A DNA stretch of 64,000 bases from Gammaproteobacteria bacterium (GTDB lineage Bacteria > Pseudomonadota > Gammaproteobacteria > Ga0077536), in contig CAXXLL010000002.1 in assembly GCA_963662545.2 (NCBI GenBank), positions 1,568,001-1,632,000 of the forward strand. The letters run 5' to 3'. Of this stretch, positions 1 to 9,524 are shown piece by piece. Position 1 is the stretch's first letter; each line of letters starts with the position of its first letter. Position numbers and translations under genes: made by a program. A model generated the notes under the pieces. It had not been told where the DNA came from. It made no database searches and saw only the letters and a list, made by a program, of their open reading frames with translations.

Positions 1-16
1 CCGGGAGCGACCCTTT

Positions 17-1207
17 ATGAACAAGCCGAATTATTCCAAGACCCCGTTGTCCCTCGCGCTTGCGGGACTGTGTTTCTCGGGATTCAACAATGCCCAGGCG
101 GACAGCTTCGACGAATGGGGCTTCTGGTCCGGCGGCGGCGCCCCGAACGGCGGCCCCGGCGGCGGTGCTGACGTTCCCGGCGGCAATGGTGGTCTGAACG
201 GCGGCGATCCGAACGACCAGTCCGGCCCCCTCGGCGACGACATCTTCGACACCTTCGTAGCAGGACTGCCCGGCCCGGTGGACGACGAAACGCCAAATCC
301 CTTCGCCTTCGAGGATCCACCGACCGGCACCTGGGACATCTATGCGTCGAACGGGTACGCCGGCACTGGCACCTTCAGCGATGGTGTAGTCGCCACGGGT
401 ACGCTGGTACTCGGGCCGTCGACTCACGGCAACGAAGGATCCGTCTACGGCGACGGCGTCATCAATGCAATGCTGACCGACATGGAAAACCCGGGTATGA
501 CCGATGTTGTCACCGGCGTAGGAGACGCCGCTCCCCCGATGAGCTGCGAAAATGCCTGCGTCTTCGTCGGCAACGACGAGACGGGCGACCAATTCGTACC
601 CTTTGTTGCGTCAGGGGAAGGGATCGAAGGAAGCATCGACACCGAGGGAGAGCCCGGCGATATCGAGGACATGGCGGACTTTTTCGCCGACGGCAGTATT
701 GAGACCGCCGCCGACATGATTACTACAGTCGGTTCGGGGGGAGAAATTGGCCCCGGTAACGGCATTGGCCCCGGTGTTTTTGTCACCGGTCAGCGGACGC
801 CGTCCGCCGATGTGCAGATGATGAACATCGATAACGTCCAGGCCAATTTCCAGGGCTCCAGCTTCTTTACCCAGCACAGCGTCTCGATCGACGTCAGTTT
901 CGGTGGGCAGTCGCCGTCTTGGAACGGCAGTTTCACGGACGGTGCCGTGAATAACCACGAAGGCGCCCACGACTTCAATGCCAGCGGCGGTTTTGATGCG
1001 AACAGCCATGGCGTGTCGAACAGCATCAGCGGCGATTCGACGGCGGGCACGGTGATCTTTTCCTTCTTCGGCCCTCAAGCTGCGAAACTCGGCGGCAACA
1101 TGGATGTCACCGGTCCCGGCGACCAGGGCATGACGCACATACAGGACACGTTCTCGGCCTTGCAGGGCGGTGATGTGATCGAAGGCGGGTTCGAAAACGG
1201 AGACTGA
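17..1207 (+). CDS. Secreted Gly/Pro/Asp-rich protein with C-terminal TbpB/transferrin-binding-like beta-barrel (possible Slam/T11SS substrate)
   Basis: Signal peptide ending AQA-D; low-complexity G/P/N linker; C-terminal VIFSFFGPQAAKLGGNM resembles the G-x-F-F-G-P-x-A-x-x-x-G-G TbpB-barrel motif. Confidence 0.6.
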   Translation: MNKPNYSKTPLSLALAGLCFSGFNNAQADSFDEWGFWSGGGAPNGGPGGGADVPGGNGGLNGGDPNDQSGPLGDDIFDTFVAGLPGPVDDETPNPFAFEDPPTGTWDIYASNGYAGTGTFSDGVVATGTLVLGPSTHGNEGSVYGDGVINAMLTDMENPGMTDVVTGVGDAAPPMSCENACVFVGNDETGDQFVPFVASGEGIEGSIDTEGEPGDIEDMADFFADGSIETAADMITTVGSGGEIGPGNGIGPGVFVTGQRTPSADVQMMNIDNVQANFQGSSFFTQHSVSIDVSFGGQSPSWNGSFTDGAVNNHEGAHDFNASGGFDANSHGVSNSISGDSTAGTVIFSFFGPQAAKLGGNMDVTGPGDQGMTHIQDTFSALQGGDVIEGGFENGD

Positions 1208-1242
1208 GGCGTTAATTGTTCGAACTGGAACAACCAATACCG

Positions 1243-1269
1243 AAAGGGCCCCCTGCGGGCTCTTTTTTT
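1243..1269 (+). terminator. Intrinsic terminator
   Basis: AAAGGGCCC-cctgc-GGGCTCTTT stem followed by a T run, 35 bp after the stop codon. Confidence 0.8.
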
Positions 1270-1334
1270 GTCTCCCGATTAACTCTGAGCCATAATTTCC
1301 CAAGCGACACCGCGAACGAGACCACGGCACCGCC

Positions 1335-2006
1335 ATGCTGAACCGCATCGACAACGTCCTCACGCAAGATGAAATCGCCCGCATCTTCGAGGTGTTCGAA
1401 TCGGTGCCGTTCATCTCGGGCAAGGCGACCGCCAAGGGGGGCGCGCAGAACGTCAAGGACAACCTGCAGCTGCCGCCCGATAACGAGCAAGTCCAGGAAA
1501 TAATGAAACTGGTCCTGGACGCCCTCAAGCGCAACCAGGAATTCTTCATACTGGCCTATCCGCGCCGCGCCTATCCGCCGATGTTCAGCCGCTACGAAGC
1601 CGGCATGACCTACGGCGAGCACGTCGACAATTCGATCATGCGGATGCCAAAACCGATGCGCACCGATGTCGCCCTAACCCTGTTCCTGAGCGATCCCGAC
1701 AGCTACGACGGCGGGGAGCTGGTGGTGAAGATGACGGGCGGCGAAACGGCGGTGAAACTGCCGGCCGGATCCCTCGTCACCTATCCGCCCTACTACGTCC
1801 ACCGGGTCGAACCGGTGACTCGCGGCGTACGCTACGCCGCCGTCACCTGGGCCGAAAGCCTGCTGAGGGATCCCGAGCAGCCTGCCGTGATGCACCAGCT
1901 CGACCGCGCGATTCGGCGCCTGCAGGAGAACGGCCAATTGCCGGACGACCAGACAGAGCTGACTAACGTCTACCACACCCTGATGCGCATGTGGGGCGAA
2001 CCGTGA
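1335..2006 (+). CDS. piuC: PKHD-type Fe(II)/2-oxoglutarate hydroxylase (PiuC/YbiX family)
   Basis: Motifs FSRYEAGMTYGEHVDN, RTDVALTLFLSDPDSYDGGELV, HRVEPVTRGVR; C-terminal LTNVYHTLMRMW. Confidence 0.85.
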   Translation: MLNRIDNVLTQDEIARIFEVFESVPFISGKATAKGGAQNVKDNLQLPPDNEQVQEIMKLVLDALKRNQEFFILAYPRRAYPPMFSRYEAGMTYGEHVDNSIMRMPKPMRTDVALTLFLSDPDSYDGGELVVKMTGGETAVKLPAGSLVTYPPYYVHRVEPVTRGVRYAAVTWAESLLRDPEQPAVMHQLDRAIRRLQENGQLPDDQTELTNVYHTLMRMWGEP

Positions 2007-2056
2007 GCCGATCCGCCGGTGTGCTTGCAACGCGACCGTCTCGTGGAAGTTGAAAC

Positions 2057-2578
2057 TTGGACGGACCGGTATTTCAGATTTTTTCAGACCTCATGCCGGC
2101 GGCCCTGCATCAGGCTGCCTGGGAAACCTGCATGGCGACCCAATGGGGCTTCGGCAACCAGTCGAACGAAAGCAAGAGCCTGCCGTTCTGGAAGATGGAG
2201 CTGGGCGGCGTGCCGGCCATCGACGCCTTGTGGGAACACGGCAGGCCACGGTGCGAGGAGATCGTGCAGCAGCCACTCACGGTCCTGCGCCAATACGCCA
2301 ACGGACACACCTACGGGCAGGGCGGTCAACTGCATCACGACGACAAGCGGCCGGACACCTACACCCTGCTCTATTACCCCATGCCGGAGTGGCACGTGGA
2401 GTGGGCCGGTGAAACCGTGTTCTATGACGGCCAGGGTGAGATCGCCCAAGCCGTCCTGCCCGCGGGCAATCGTGCCATCTTTTTCGATTCGCGCATCGGG
2501 CACGCGGGCCGCGCGCCGAGCCGCTTCTTCGGCGGACTCAGGGTGACGATCGCCTTCAAGCTCGAAGTCGACGGGTAG
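2057..2578 (+). CDS. 2OG-Fe(II) oxygenase (prolyl-hydroxylase-like)
   Basis: YANGHTYGQGGQLHHD (HxD), TLLYYP, WAGETVF, FDSRIGHAGRAP, RVTIAFK; TTG start uncertain. Confidence 0.8.
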   Translation: MDGPVFQIFSDLMPAALHQAAWETCMATQWGFGNQSNESKSLPFWKMELGGVPAIDALWEHGRPRCEEIVQQPLTVLRQYANGHTYGQGGQLHHDDKRPDTYTLLYYPMPEWHVEWAGETVFYDGQGEIAQAVLPAGNRAIFFDSRIGHAGRAPSRFFGGLRVTIAFKLEVDG

Positions 2579-2626
2579 TATTTCCGTTCGCCCGTCAGCC
2601 CAGCGACGCCGCTTGACCCGCGCCGC

Positions 2627-3420
2627 GGTATTGTCACGTTAACTCCAACTCGACATGTCATGCACCGAGTTGTGGTCGTTTAGGAGCTGGTTGCAATCTG
2701 CCAAGACCTGAACGCCCGTAACCTGAATAAACGATAGTTTTTGGCGGCCAGCAAATGGCGGCCCAGCTTGAATCAATTTTGAACCGCGGCATGAATTGAT
2801 AGAAAACGCTGTGCCTGAGTAATTAATTTGAATCGCCGCATTCGCCATTCTTGCCGTCGCGTCGACTGGTGAAAAAGTTCTGCACGATTATTCGCATACT
2901 GCTCGGCAACGTGAATTGAGTCGGGCATGCTATCTTTAGCGGCAGGCGGATAGCTCTTCAATTGATCAGTGACGAGGACCCTTGGGGTTCCCCTGTGACG
3001 CTTAACCCGCCTTCGGAAGAACTTCTTTGCTGCGCGAGCGTCGCGTTTCTTTTGCACAAGAATATCAATCACATCGCCATCCTGGTCGACGGCCCTGTAT
3101 AGATATCGCTGCCTACCCTCAAGCCGGACGAACACCTCGTCGACGTACCAGATATCACCATATCCACTGTTACGCTTCCTTAGGCATGATGCATATTTCT
3201 GGGCCCGAACTTTATGCACCAGCGAGGAACTGGCTCATAAGACACCTGGATCTCTCGCTCGGCGAGCAAATCCTCGAGAGCACGAAAGCTTAGACTGCAT
3301 CGAGGATAGCGTCAGACTGTGTAGGGGATGATTTCTGGTGGGAAGCGGTGGCGGTGATACTGACTGTTGGACGTTTTCATCCCGCCACTTTGCCTAATCG
3401 TCGATTAACGTGACAATACC
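2627..3420 (-). mobile_element. IS6-family element with degraded transposase (pseudogene, start about 3380)
   Basis: Perfect 16-bp terminal IRs GGTATTGTCACGTTAA (2627-2642 and 3405-3420); transposase motifs HRHRFPPEII, WYVDEVFV, YLYRAVDQDG, YANNRAE interrupted by a stop and frameshifts; no target duplication seen. Confidence 0.9.
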
Positions 3421-3437
3421 TCCGGAGGAGTTGAAGA

Positions 3438-5708
3438 ATGTATTCTGTACTGGATACAGACTGTGCGCGTCTTGCCGGCTGGGCGACATTTTTGCGCGGT
3501 GTCTGCCTCGGCATCGGTTTGGCGTTTACGGCAATGTCGGCCTCAGCCCAGGAATCCCGTTCTCCCCTCATGGAAGAATTCGTCATCACCGCGACGAAGA
3601 AGAACGTCGAGGAAACCGTCCACGACGTAGCGCTGGCGGTCACCGCCTACGGGGCCGATCAGCTCGATGCATTGCACGTGCGCGATCTGACCGACCTCTC
3701 CTTCTCGATGCCGAACGTCCAGCTCGACGATATCGCGACGGCCAAGGGCGTGGCCAACTTCTCGATCCGCGGGCTCGGCACCAACAGCTCTATCCCGTCG
3801 ATCGACCCGACCGTTGGTGTTTTCGTCGACGGCATGTACATGGGCATCACCTCCGGAGTGCTGCTGGACATGTTCGACCTCGAAAGCATCGAAGTGCTGC
3901 GCGGTCCGCAGGGATTGCTTTTCGGCCGCAACGTCACCGGCGGCGCGGTCGTGATCAATACCAAGGATCCCGGCGACGAGTTCGCGTTTTCGGCGAAGAC
4001 CGTGGTCGAGGGCCGCCTGGGGGAGGGCACCGGGCCGAACTATTACGCGATGGCATCGGTAACCGGCCCCATCGTCGAGAACCTTGCGGCGAAGCTCTCG
4101 ATGTACATGAACATCGACGAGGGCTGGCACGAGAACCTGTTCGACGGGCGCGATTTCGGCAAGACGGAGAATTACATCGCGCGCCCCTCGGTGAAGTGGA
4201 GTCCGACGGCAGACATCGAGCTTCTGGTCAAATACGAGCACGGCAAGCTCGATGCCGATGGCCCGGCGGCGCAGAATGCGGCGCTGTTCGATAAGGACGA
4301 ATTCGACTTCTCCGTCGATGAACGAGGCTTCTCGGATCACGATTGGGACCAGGTCATCGTCGAAGCGAATTGGGACGTGTCTTTCGGCGACGGCACCTTG
4401 ACCAACATCTTCGGCTGGCGCGAGTACCAGGCCACCGCACTGGTCGACGTCGACGCTACGCCAACATTTCTGTTCCACAGCACCGCGATGATCGATCAGG
4501 AGCAGTACAGTAACGAGTTCCGCTACGCTGGCCGCTTCGTCGACGCCTTTTCGGTCACCGGCGGAATCTATTATTTCACCCAGGACCTGTCCTACCAGGA
4601 AACGCGGTCACTGCCTGCAACGCTGGCTTCGCTCGGGTTCGCGACCGTGTTTGAAGGCGGCGGCATTCAGGATCACGACACCTGGGGCGTGTTCCTAAGC
4701 GTCAACTACGATTTCCTCGATCACTTCACCCTGACCTTTGGCGGACGCTACACCGAGGAGGACAAATCGGTGAAGATCGCGTCGCTCAACGCTAACATTG
4801 CGGCGCTGCCAGCGGGCAACCTGCTGTCGGGCATGGCCGTGAGGCCCTTTCTCGCGTGCGACGTGATCGGCGAGGCCTGCGCCTTCGTCGACGAGGACAG
4901 CTGGGACTCGTTCACGCCGAAGATCGGCCTGCAGTGGCGGCCGAGCGACGAGATCCAGGCCTATGCTCACTGGACGAAAGGCTTTCGCTCGGGCGGCTAC
5001 AACCTGCGCAACACCGATCCTACGATCGGCCCCGGTCCTTTCGACCAGGAAGAACAGAATTCCTACGAAGTGGGGATCAAGTACCGCGCTGCCGATCGCC
5101 GGGTTAACTCGAGCCTAGCGCTCTACTGGAACGACATCGAAGACATGCTGCGTGAGATCATTACGCCCGGTGTCGCGGGCGCGGTCCAGGTGGTCCGCAA
5201 TACCGCCGCGGCAACCATCCGCGGCTTCGAGGTTGAAACCTTGTATTGGGCCTCGCAGAACCTCGTCATCAATTTCTTCGTCGGCTACACCGACGGCGAG
5301 TATGACAAGGTCGTCTTCGATCTCAACGGCGACGGATTGGTCAACGGGCTCGACGAGGATCTCGATATCCCGCGGTTGTCGCCCTGGACCTACGGCGCGG
5401 GCTTCGTCTATGCGCGGCAGGTTCCGCGCCTGGGCATCGCGTCCGCACGCCTGAATTTCAACCACCGCGACAAAGCGGCCTCCACGGACAACAACATCGG
5501 CCAGCTCCGGGAAGTGGACCACCTCGACTTCAGCCTGTCGCTGACCTTGCCCTCGCGGCGATGGACCGCCCGGCTGTACGGTAAGAACATGCTCGACGAC
5601 GTGGCGATCGGCGGTGACACGATCACGCCGTTCGGGGTGCCGTTCGGCACGTTCTCGCCGCTCAGCACCGGCCGGATTGTCGGAACGGAACTCAAATTCG
5701 ACTATTGA
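3438..5708 (+). CDS. TonB-dependent receptor
   Basis: Signal peptide; TonB-box-like EEFVITA; plug motif IEVLRGPQGLLFGRNVTGGAV; KGFRSGGYN; C-terminal aromatic residue; RBS GGAGGAG. Confidence 0.95.
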   Translation: MYSVLDTDCARLAGWATFLRGVCLGIGLAFTAMSASAQESRSPLMEEFVITATKKNVEETVHDVALAVTAYGADQLDALHVRDLTDLSFSMPNVQLDDIATAKGVANFSIRGLGTNSSIPSIDPTVGVFVDGMYMGITSGVLLDMFDLESIEVLRGPQGLLFGRNVTGGAVVINTKDPGDEFAFSAKTVVEGRLGEGTGPNYYAMASVTGPIVENLAAKLSMYMNIDEGWHENLFDGRDFGKTENYIARPSVKWSPTADIELLVKYEHGKLDADGPAAQNAALFDKDEFDFSVDERGFSDHDWDQVIVEANWDVSFGDGTLTNIFGWREYQATALVDVDATPTFLFHSTAMIDQEQYSNEFRYAGRFVDAFSVTGGIYYFTQDLSYQETRSLPATLASLGFATVFEGGGIQDHDTWGVFLSVNYDFLDHFTLTFGGRYTEEDKSVKIASLNANIAALPAGNLLSGMAVRPFLACDVIGEACAFVDEDSWDSFTPKIGLQWRPSDEIQAYAHWTKGFRSGGYNLRNTDPTIGPGPFDQEEQNSYEVGIKYRAADRRVNSSLALYWNDIEDMLREIITPGVAGAVQVVRNTAAATIRGFEVETLYWASQNLVINFFVGYTDGEYDKVVFDLNGDGLVNGLDEDLDIPRLSPWTYGAGFVYARQVPRLGIASARLNFNHRDKAASTDNNIGQLREVDHLDFSLSLTLPSRRWTARLYGKNMLDDVAIGGDTITPFGVPFGTFSPLSTGRIVGTELKFDY

Positions 5709-5750
5709 GGCGCGCAGCACGCACGACCGCACGCCGACATTCGTTGAAAA

Positions 5751-5845
5751 GGTACTGACAAATTAAACGACTTTAAGTGACAATTCCTGGATGAACCAAT
5801 GATCTAGCCTGTACCAACGTCACAGATACGCACCTACGATCATTA
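5751..5845 (+). mobile_element. Truncated left end of the IS6 element found intact at 58271
   Basis: GGTACTGACAAATTAAACGACTTTAAGTGACAATTCCTGGATGAAC is nearly identical to the sequence from 58271, then degenerates. Confidence 0.85.
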
Positions 5846-5930
5846 GACCGCTGGCGGCAACCAGAATGGCGCTTCAGATCGGGAGTAACAACGTGTAGAG
5901 GAGAGGACAATCCGGGACACCGATCGAGGC

Positions 5931-7415
5931 TCAACCTTCAACAGCGATTGACATTCCGGCCTCGACGTACTTGCGCGCTGTACGGGGATCCAGCGCGGTT
6001 CGTTCGGCCACCGCTGCGTAGGTTCCCAGACGTCGATATAGTGCGGCGCAGTAGCGCTCCAGCAAGGCGGTCGCGGTGAGTTGTCCCGTACGTACTGCTT
6101 CGACCAGAATATCGTCCTGGTCGGTTGGCACGTCCGCCAGGTCTCCTCGGTAGCGTCCCGTAACCAGCACGCGGCGTACCGCCTGCTCGAGTTCGCGCAC
6201 GTTGCCCGGCCACGCGTAGCCGCGGGGGACGCTGTGTTCCAGCCTCTCCAGCACGTCCGCGATAAGAAGCGTATCCGGGGTGCCGACGATGCGATCCACG
6301 AGCAGGCACACGAGGTCGTCGCGTTCGCCGGGGTTTTCCGCGAGCCGCTGGCGCAACGTCGGTACCTCGATCACGTCCGAACACAGACGATAGTAAAAGT
6401 CGTCGCGAAACCGGCCCGCCCGACGCAGGGCTGCCAGCGGTTGATTCGTTGCTGCAATCACACGCCCCGAGAATCGCTGCTTGTCGCGTCCCCCCAGCGG
6501 CACGAAGATCCTTTCCTGTAACACCTGGAGCAGCTTAATCTGCACCGGGATCGAAATCTCCCCGATCTCGTCGAGAAACAAGGCGCCGTGGGCGCTGCAG
6601 CGTGCGAGCACCCCGTCATGGTCGCGGATCGCCCCGGTGAAGGCGCCCTTGCAGTGCCCGAACAGTTCGGACTCGATGAGTGTTTCGGGGAACTGGGACA
6701 GGTTCAAGGCGATGAAGGTATCTGCGAAATTGACCGCAAAGCGCCGCTCGGTAGCAACGTAAGGGATGAATTCGGAGCGCCCGATCGCGGCCGCCGCCGA
6801 GCCCTTGCCAGTCCCCGTGGCGCCCAGCAAGAGCGTCGAGAAGTCCTCCATGCGATCGTAGAGCGAAGCGTCATAACGCCGCATATCGTGCGTGAAGATG
6901 TTGTTCCACAGCGCCTTACGGAGTTTCTGCATGGACTCGCATTTGCCCGCCAGCGAGCCGTGGATGAAATAGAAAGCGCGGCGAAGCTGAAAGAACAGGG
7001 CGAAATAACGCTCGGCTCCTGCTTCATCCAGACCGCATTGAGCTAACTCAGCGATTGCCGTCTCGGCGAAATCTACCGCTGGTGTGGACCCGCTGCGCCG
7101 TGCCTGGCGCTCGATGAGAGCATCCAGCCGTGGGACCAGCCGGTGATAGCAGATGTAACGCTGACCGAGTTCTACGCGGTGCCGATCGTCTGCTTCGAAT
7201 CGCCGAAATCCCTCCGCGCCGACAATTCGGTGAATACGGGCCTGAACAATCTGCGCCAGCGCTTCGCGGTGGCCCGTCAGATCGCCAACCGGTACGTCCG
7301 GTGCGAGCTGCGCGATCAGTCCGGCGCGTTGCCCCGAATAAGGGTTGCCGAAAATAACCTCAACGAGCTTGTCGAAGAAGTCGCGGTCGGCGGGGCTCAG
7401 GCGGGCAGCGGGCAT
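5931..7415 (-). CDS. Sigma-54-dependent transcriptional activator (bacterial enhancer-binding protein)
   Basis: Walker A GATGTGKG, ESELFGHCKGAFTGA, LFLDEIGE, RVIAATN, FRDDFYYRL, WPGNVRELE; C-terminal HTH. Confidence 0.95.
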   Translation of the reverse strand: MPAARLSPADRDFFDKLVEVIFGNPYSGQRAGLIAQLAPDVPVGDLTGHREALAQIVQARIHRIVGAEGFRRFEADDRHRVELGQRYICYHRLVPRLDALIERQARRSGSTPAVDFAETAIAELAQCGLDEAGAERYFALFFQLRRAFYFIHGSLAGKCESMQKLRKALWNNIFTHDMRRYDASLYDRMEDFSTLLLGATGTGKGSAAAAIGRSEFIPYVATERRFAVNFADTFIALNLSQFPETLIESELFGHCKGAFTGAIRDHDGVLARCSAHGALFLDEIGEISIPVQIKLLQVLQERIFVPLGGRDKQRFSGRVIAATNQPLAALRRAGRFRDDFYYRLCSDVIEVPTLRQRLAENPGERDDLVCLLVDRIVGTPDTLLIADVLERLEHSVPRGYAWPGNVRELEQAVRRVLVTGRYRGDLADVPTDQDDILVEAVRTGQLTATALLERYCAALYRRLGTYAAVAERTALDPRTARKYVEAGMSIAVEG

Positions 7416-7496
7416 ACATTAAATGTAGTCGTTACCTGCATGAAATGCTGGTCTTGGATCCGAAGTCGAACCATTTCTGGAATAAAATACCTTTTA

Positions 7497-7509
7497 AATC
7501 ACATAGTTG
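7497..7509 (+). promoter_or_regulatory. Putative IHF-binding site
   Basis: AATCACATAGTTG, one mismatch to WATCAANNNNTTR, in an AT-rich tract just upstream of the sigma-54 promoter. Confidence 0.5.
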
Positions 7510-7515
7510 AACGGA

Positions 7516-7531
7516 TGGCACGGCCGTTGCT
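7516..7531 (+). promoter_or_regulatory. Sigma-54 (-24/-12) promoter
   Basis: TGGCAC-GGCCG-TTGCT matches TGGCAC-N5-TTGCW; divergent from the enhancer-binding protein gene. Confidence 0.9.
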
Positions 7532-7576
7532 CTTTTGTTCCTCATATTAATGCCTGGGCACGAATCGGGGGAGGCC

Positions 7577-8656
7577 ATGCACCAAGTCAACCATTCCAGA
7601 CCACCGAATAGGGTAACGCGACGACGGCGCGCGGGCGAAGATCCGGCGCAGGACTCGACATTTCGTCGCGACCACCACTTGTTTCGCGCACTGCGGGCGG
7701 AACTCGATGTCGCCGGTTGCTTTCGCGCCGCGCCGGCGCGCGCCATGGGTTACGGCGCCCTGATAGTCGGTGTCTATTCGGCCGCGTACGCGACGCTGCT
7801 CGCTGATCCGGACATTGCGCTGTGGCTGTGTGCGGTTGTGGCATTGTTGTTCGCCAACGTACACGCGGGAATTTTGGCGCACGAGGCGGGCCACGGCGCG
7901 CTCACGCGCAATCGACGCATCGCCGTGGCATTCGGCCAGGTGTTCAACACGCTGTTGACGGCGCTGTGTTACTCGCACTTCCAGCATATCCACCGCGCTC
8001 ACCACCCGCATTGCAACGACCGCGATCGCGATCCGGATATGCAGTCTGGGGTCTTCAGCATGTACACGGAGTCGGCGCGGCAGAAACGTGGGCTGGGAGG
8101 CTGGATCAGTCGGCACCAGGCAGTGCTGATCTGGATTCTCGTCTGGCTTCAGGGGTTCACGCTGAAGATCGACAGCCTGCAACACCTGCGGCGCAATCCC
8201 GACACCACTCGCGCGGATCACGTCCTCGTGACGCTGCACTATCTGATCTGGTTCATTCCACCGGTGCTAATCCTTGGCCCCACCGCTGCACTGACCAACT
8301 ACCTGGTGATGACACTGCTCATCGGGCCCTATCTCGGCGTGATATTTCTCGTCAACCACATCGGCACGCGCGTCATCGAACCCGACGAGCAACTCTCACA
8401 CTTCGAACACGAGATCGCCGTGACCCGCAACCTGGGCGATTCGCGCCTTCACGACCTCCTGTTCGGGGGGCTCAACCATCACATCGAGCACCACCTTTTC
8501 CCGACAATGCCGACGGCGCGACTGCGCAGTGCACGAAAAATCACTCGAGCATTCTGTGAATGCCACGGCATTGCATACCGGGAGATGTCTTGGTTCGCCG
8601 CGGTGGGCGAGGTCACGCGGCACTTCAAGGCGATGTCCGCCATCGTACCGCGGTGA
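7577..8656 (+). CDS. Membrane fatty-acid (acyl-CoA/acyl-lipid) desaturase
   Basis: Three His boxes HEAGH, HIHRAHH and HHIEHHLFP; DPD after box 2; TM segments; RBS GGGGAGG before ATG 7577. Confidence 0.9.
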   Translation: MHQVNHSRPPNRVTRRRRAGEDPAQDSTFRRDHHLFRALRAELDVAGCFRAAPARAMGYGALIVGVYSAAYATLLADPDIALWLCAVVALLFANVHAGILAHEAGHGALTRNRRIAVAFGQVFNTLLTALCYSHFQHIHRAHHPHCNDRDRDPDMQSGVFSMYTESARQKRGLGGWISRHQAVLIWILVWLQGFTLKIDSLQHLRRNPDTTRADHVLVTLHYLIWFIPPVLILGPTAALTNYLVMTLLIGPYLGVIFLVNHIGTRVIEPDEQLSHFEHEIAVTRNLGDSRLHDLLFGGLNHHIEHHLFPTMPTARLRSARKITRAFCECHGIAYREMSWFAAVGEVTRHFKAMSAIVPR

Positions 8657-8664
8657 CGGAACGC

Positions 8665-9513
8665 ATGCCCATGTTCCGCATACTCGTCCTTTGTGCGCTG
8701 CTCGCCACGTTGAATGCCTGCGCGGTGCGTGAGTTCTCGGCAAGGTTGATCGGTGATGCGGTAGCCGAGGGTCCCACAACCTTCGCCAGCGACGAAGACC
8801 CGGAACTGGTGCGTGAGGCAGCCCCGTTCAGTCTCAAACTGATTGAGAGCCTGCTGCAGGAAAACCCGCGTCACAAAGGCTTGCTACTCGCAGCGACGCG
8901 CGGTTTTACGCAGTACAGCTACGCGTTTGTGCAACTCGACGGCGATATGGCTGAAGACGTGGACCTCGCCCATGCCCGACGTCTGTTGGTGCGCGCGCGG
9001 TTGCTGTATCGCCGAGCGCGCGACTATGGACTGCGCGGCCTCGCCGAGGCACCCACGGACGTGGCGCTGCTTTACTGGACTGCTGTTTCCTGGGCCGCGC
9101 TCATCGGCCTTTCGCTGGACCAACCGGAGTTGATCGCTGACTTCCCGCGCGTGTGGGCCCTGAGTCAGCGCGCGCTCGAACTGGACGAAACCTTCGACCG
9201 GGGCGCGATCCACAGTTTGCTGATTCCCCTCGAAATGGCGCGTCCGGGTTCGGGGCAGCGGGCCGCGGCAAGTGCCCGCCGTCACTTCGCGCGTGCCGAG
9301 GAGTTGTCCGCGGGCACAGATGCGGCCCCGTATGTGGCACTCGCCGAAGCCGTGAGTGTCCCGCAGCAGCGTCGCGATGAGTTCGAACGGCTGCTTCTGA
9401 AGGCGCTCGCGATCGATCCGGCAAACAACCCCGAAAATCGCCTCGCGAATCTCATTGCACAGCGCAAGGCCCGCTGGCTGCGCGCCCGCGCCGAGCGGCT
9501 TTTCCTGGAATAA
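8665..9513 (+). CDS. TRAP-associated TPR lipoprotein TatT
   Basis: Lipobox LNAC; DEDPELVREAAPFSLKLIESLL, GFTQYSYAF, ALELDETFDRG, ANLIAQRKARWL; lies directly upstream of dctP. Confidence 0.85.
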   Translation: MPMFRILVLCALLATLNACAVREFSARLIGDAVAEGPTTFASDEDPELVREAAPFSLKLIESLLQENPRHKGLLLAATRGFTQYSYAFVQLDGDMAEDVDLAHARRLLVRARLLYRRARDYGLRGLAEAPTDVALLYWTAVSWAALIGLSLDQPELIADFPRVWALSQRALELDETFDRGAIHSLLIPLEMARPGSGQRAAASARRHFARAEELSAGTDAAPYVALAEAVSVPQQRRDEFERLLLKALAIDPANNPENRLANLIAQRKARWLRARAERLFLE

Positions 9514-9524
9514 GGAGAACCACC

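Noticed and set aside
611-1549. Long antisense ORFs (here and at 25574-26671, 29344-30324, 35061-35975, 52757-53737)
   Set aside because: Shadow frames of well-supported genes in GC-rich DNA, with no recognisable motifs
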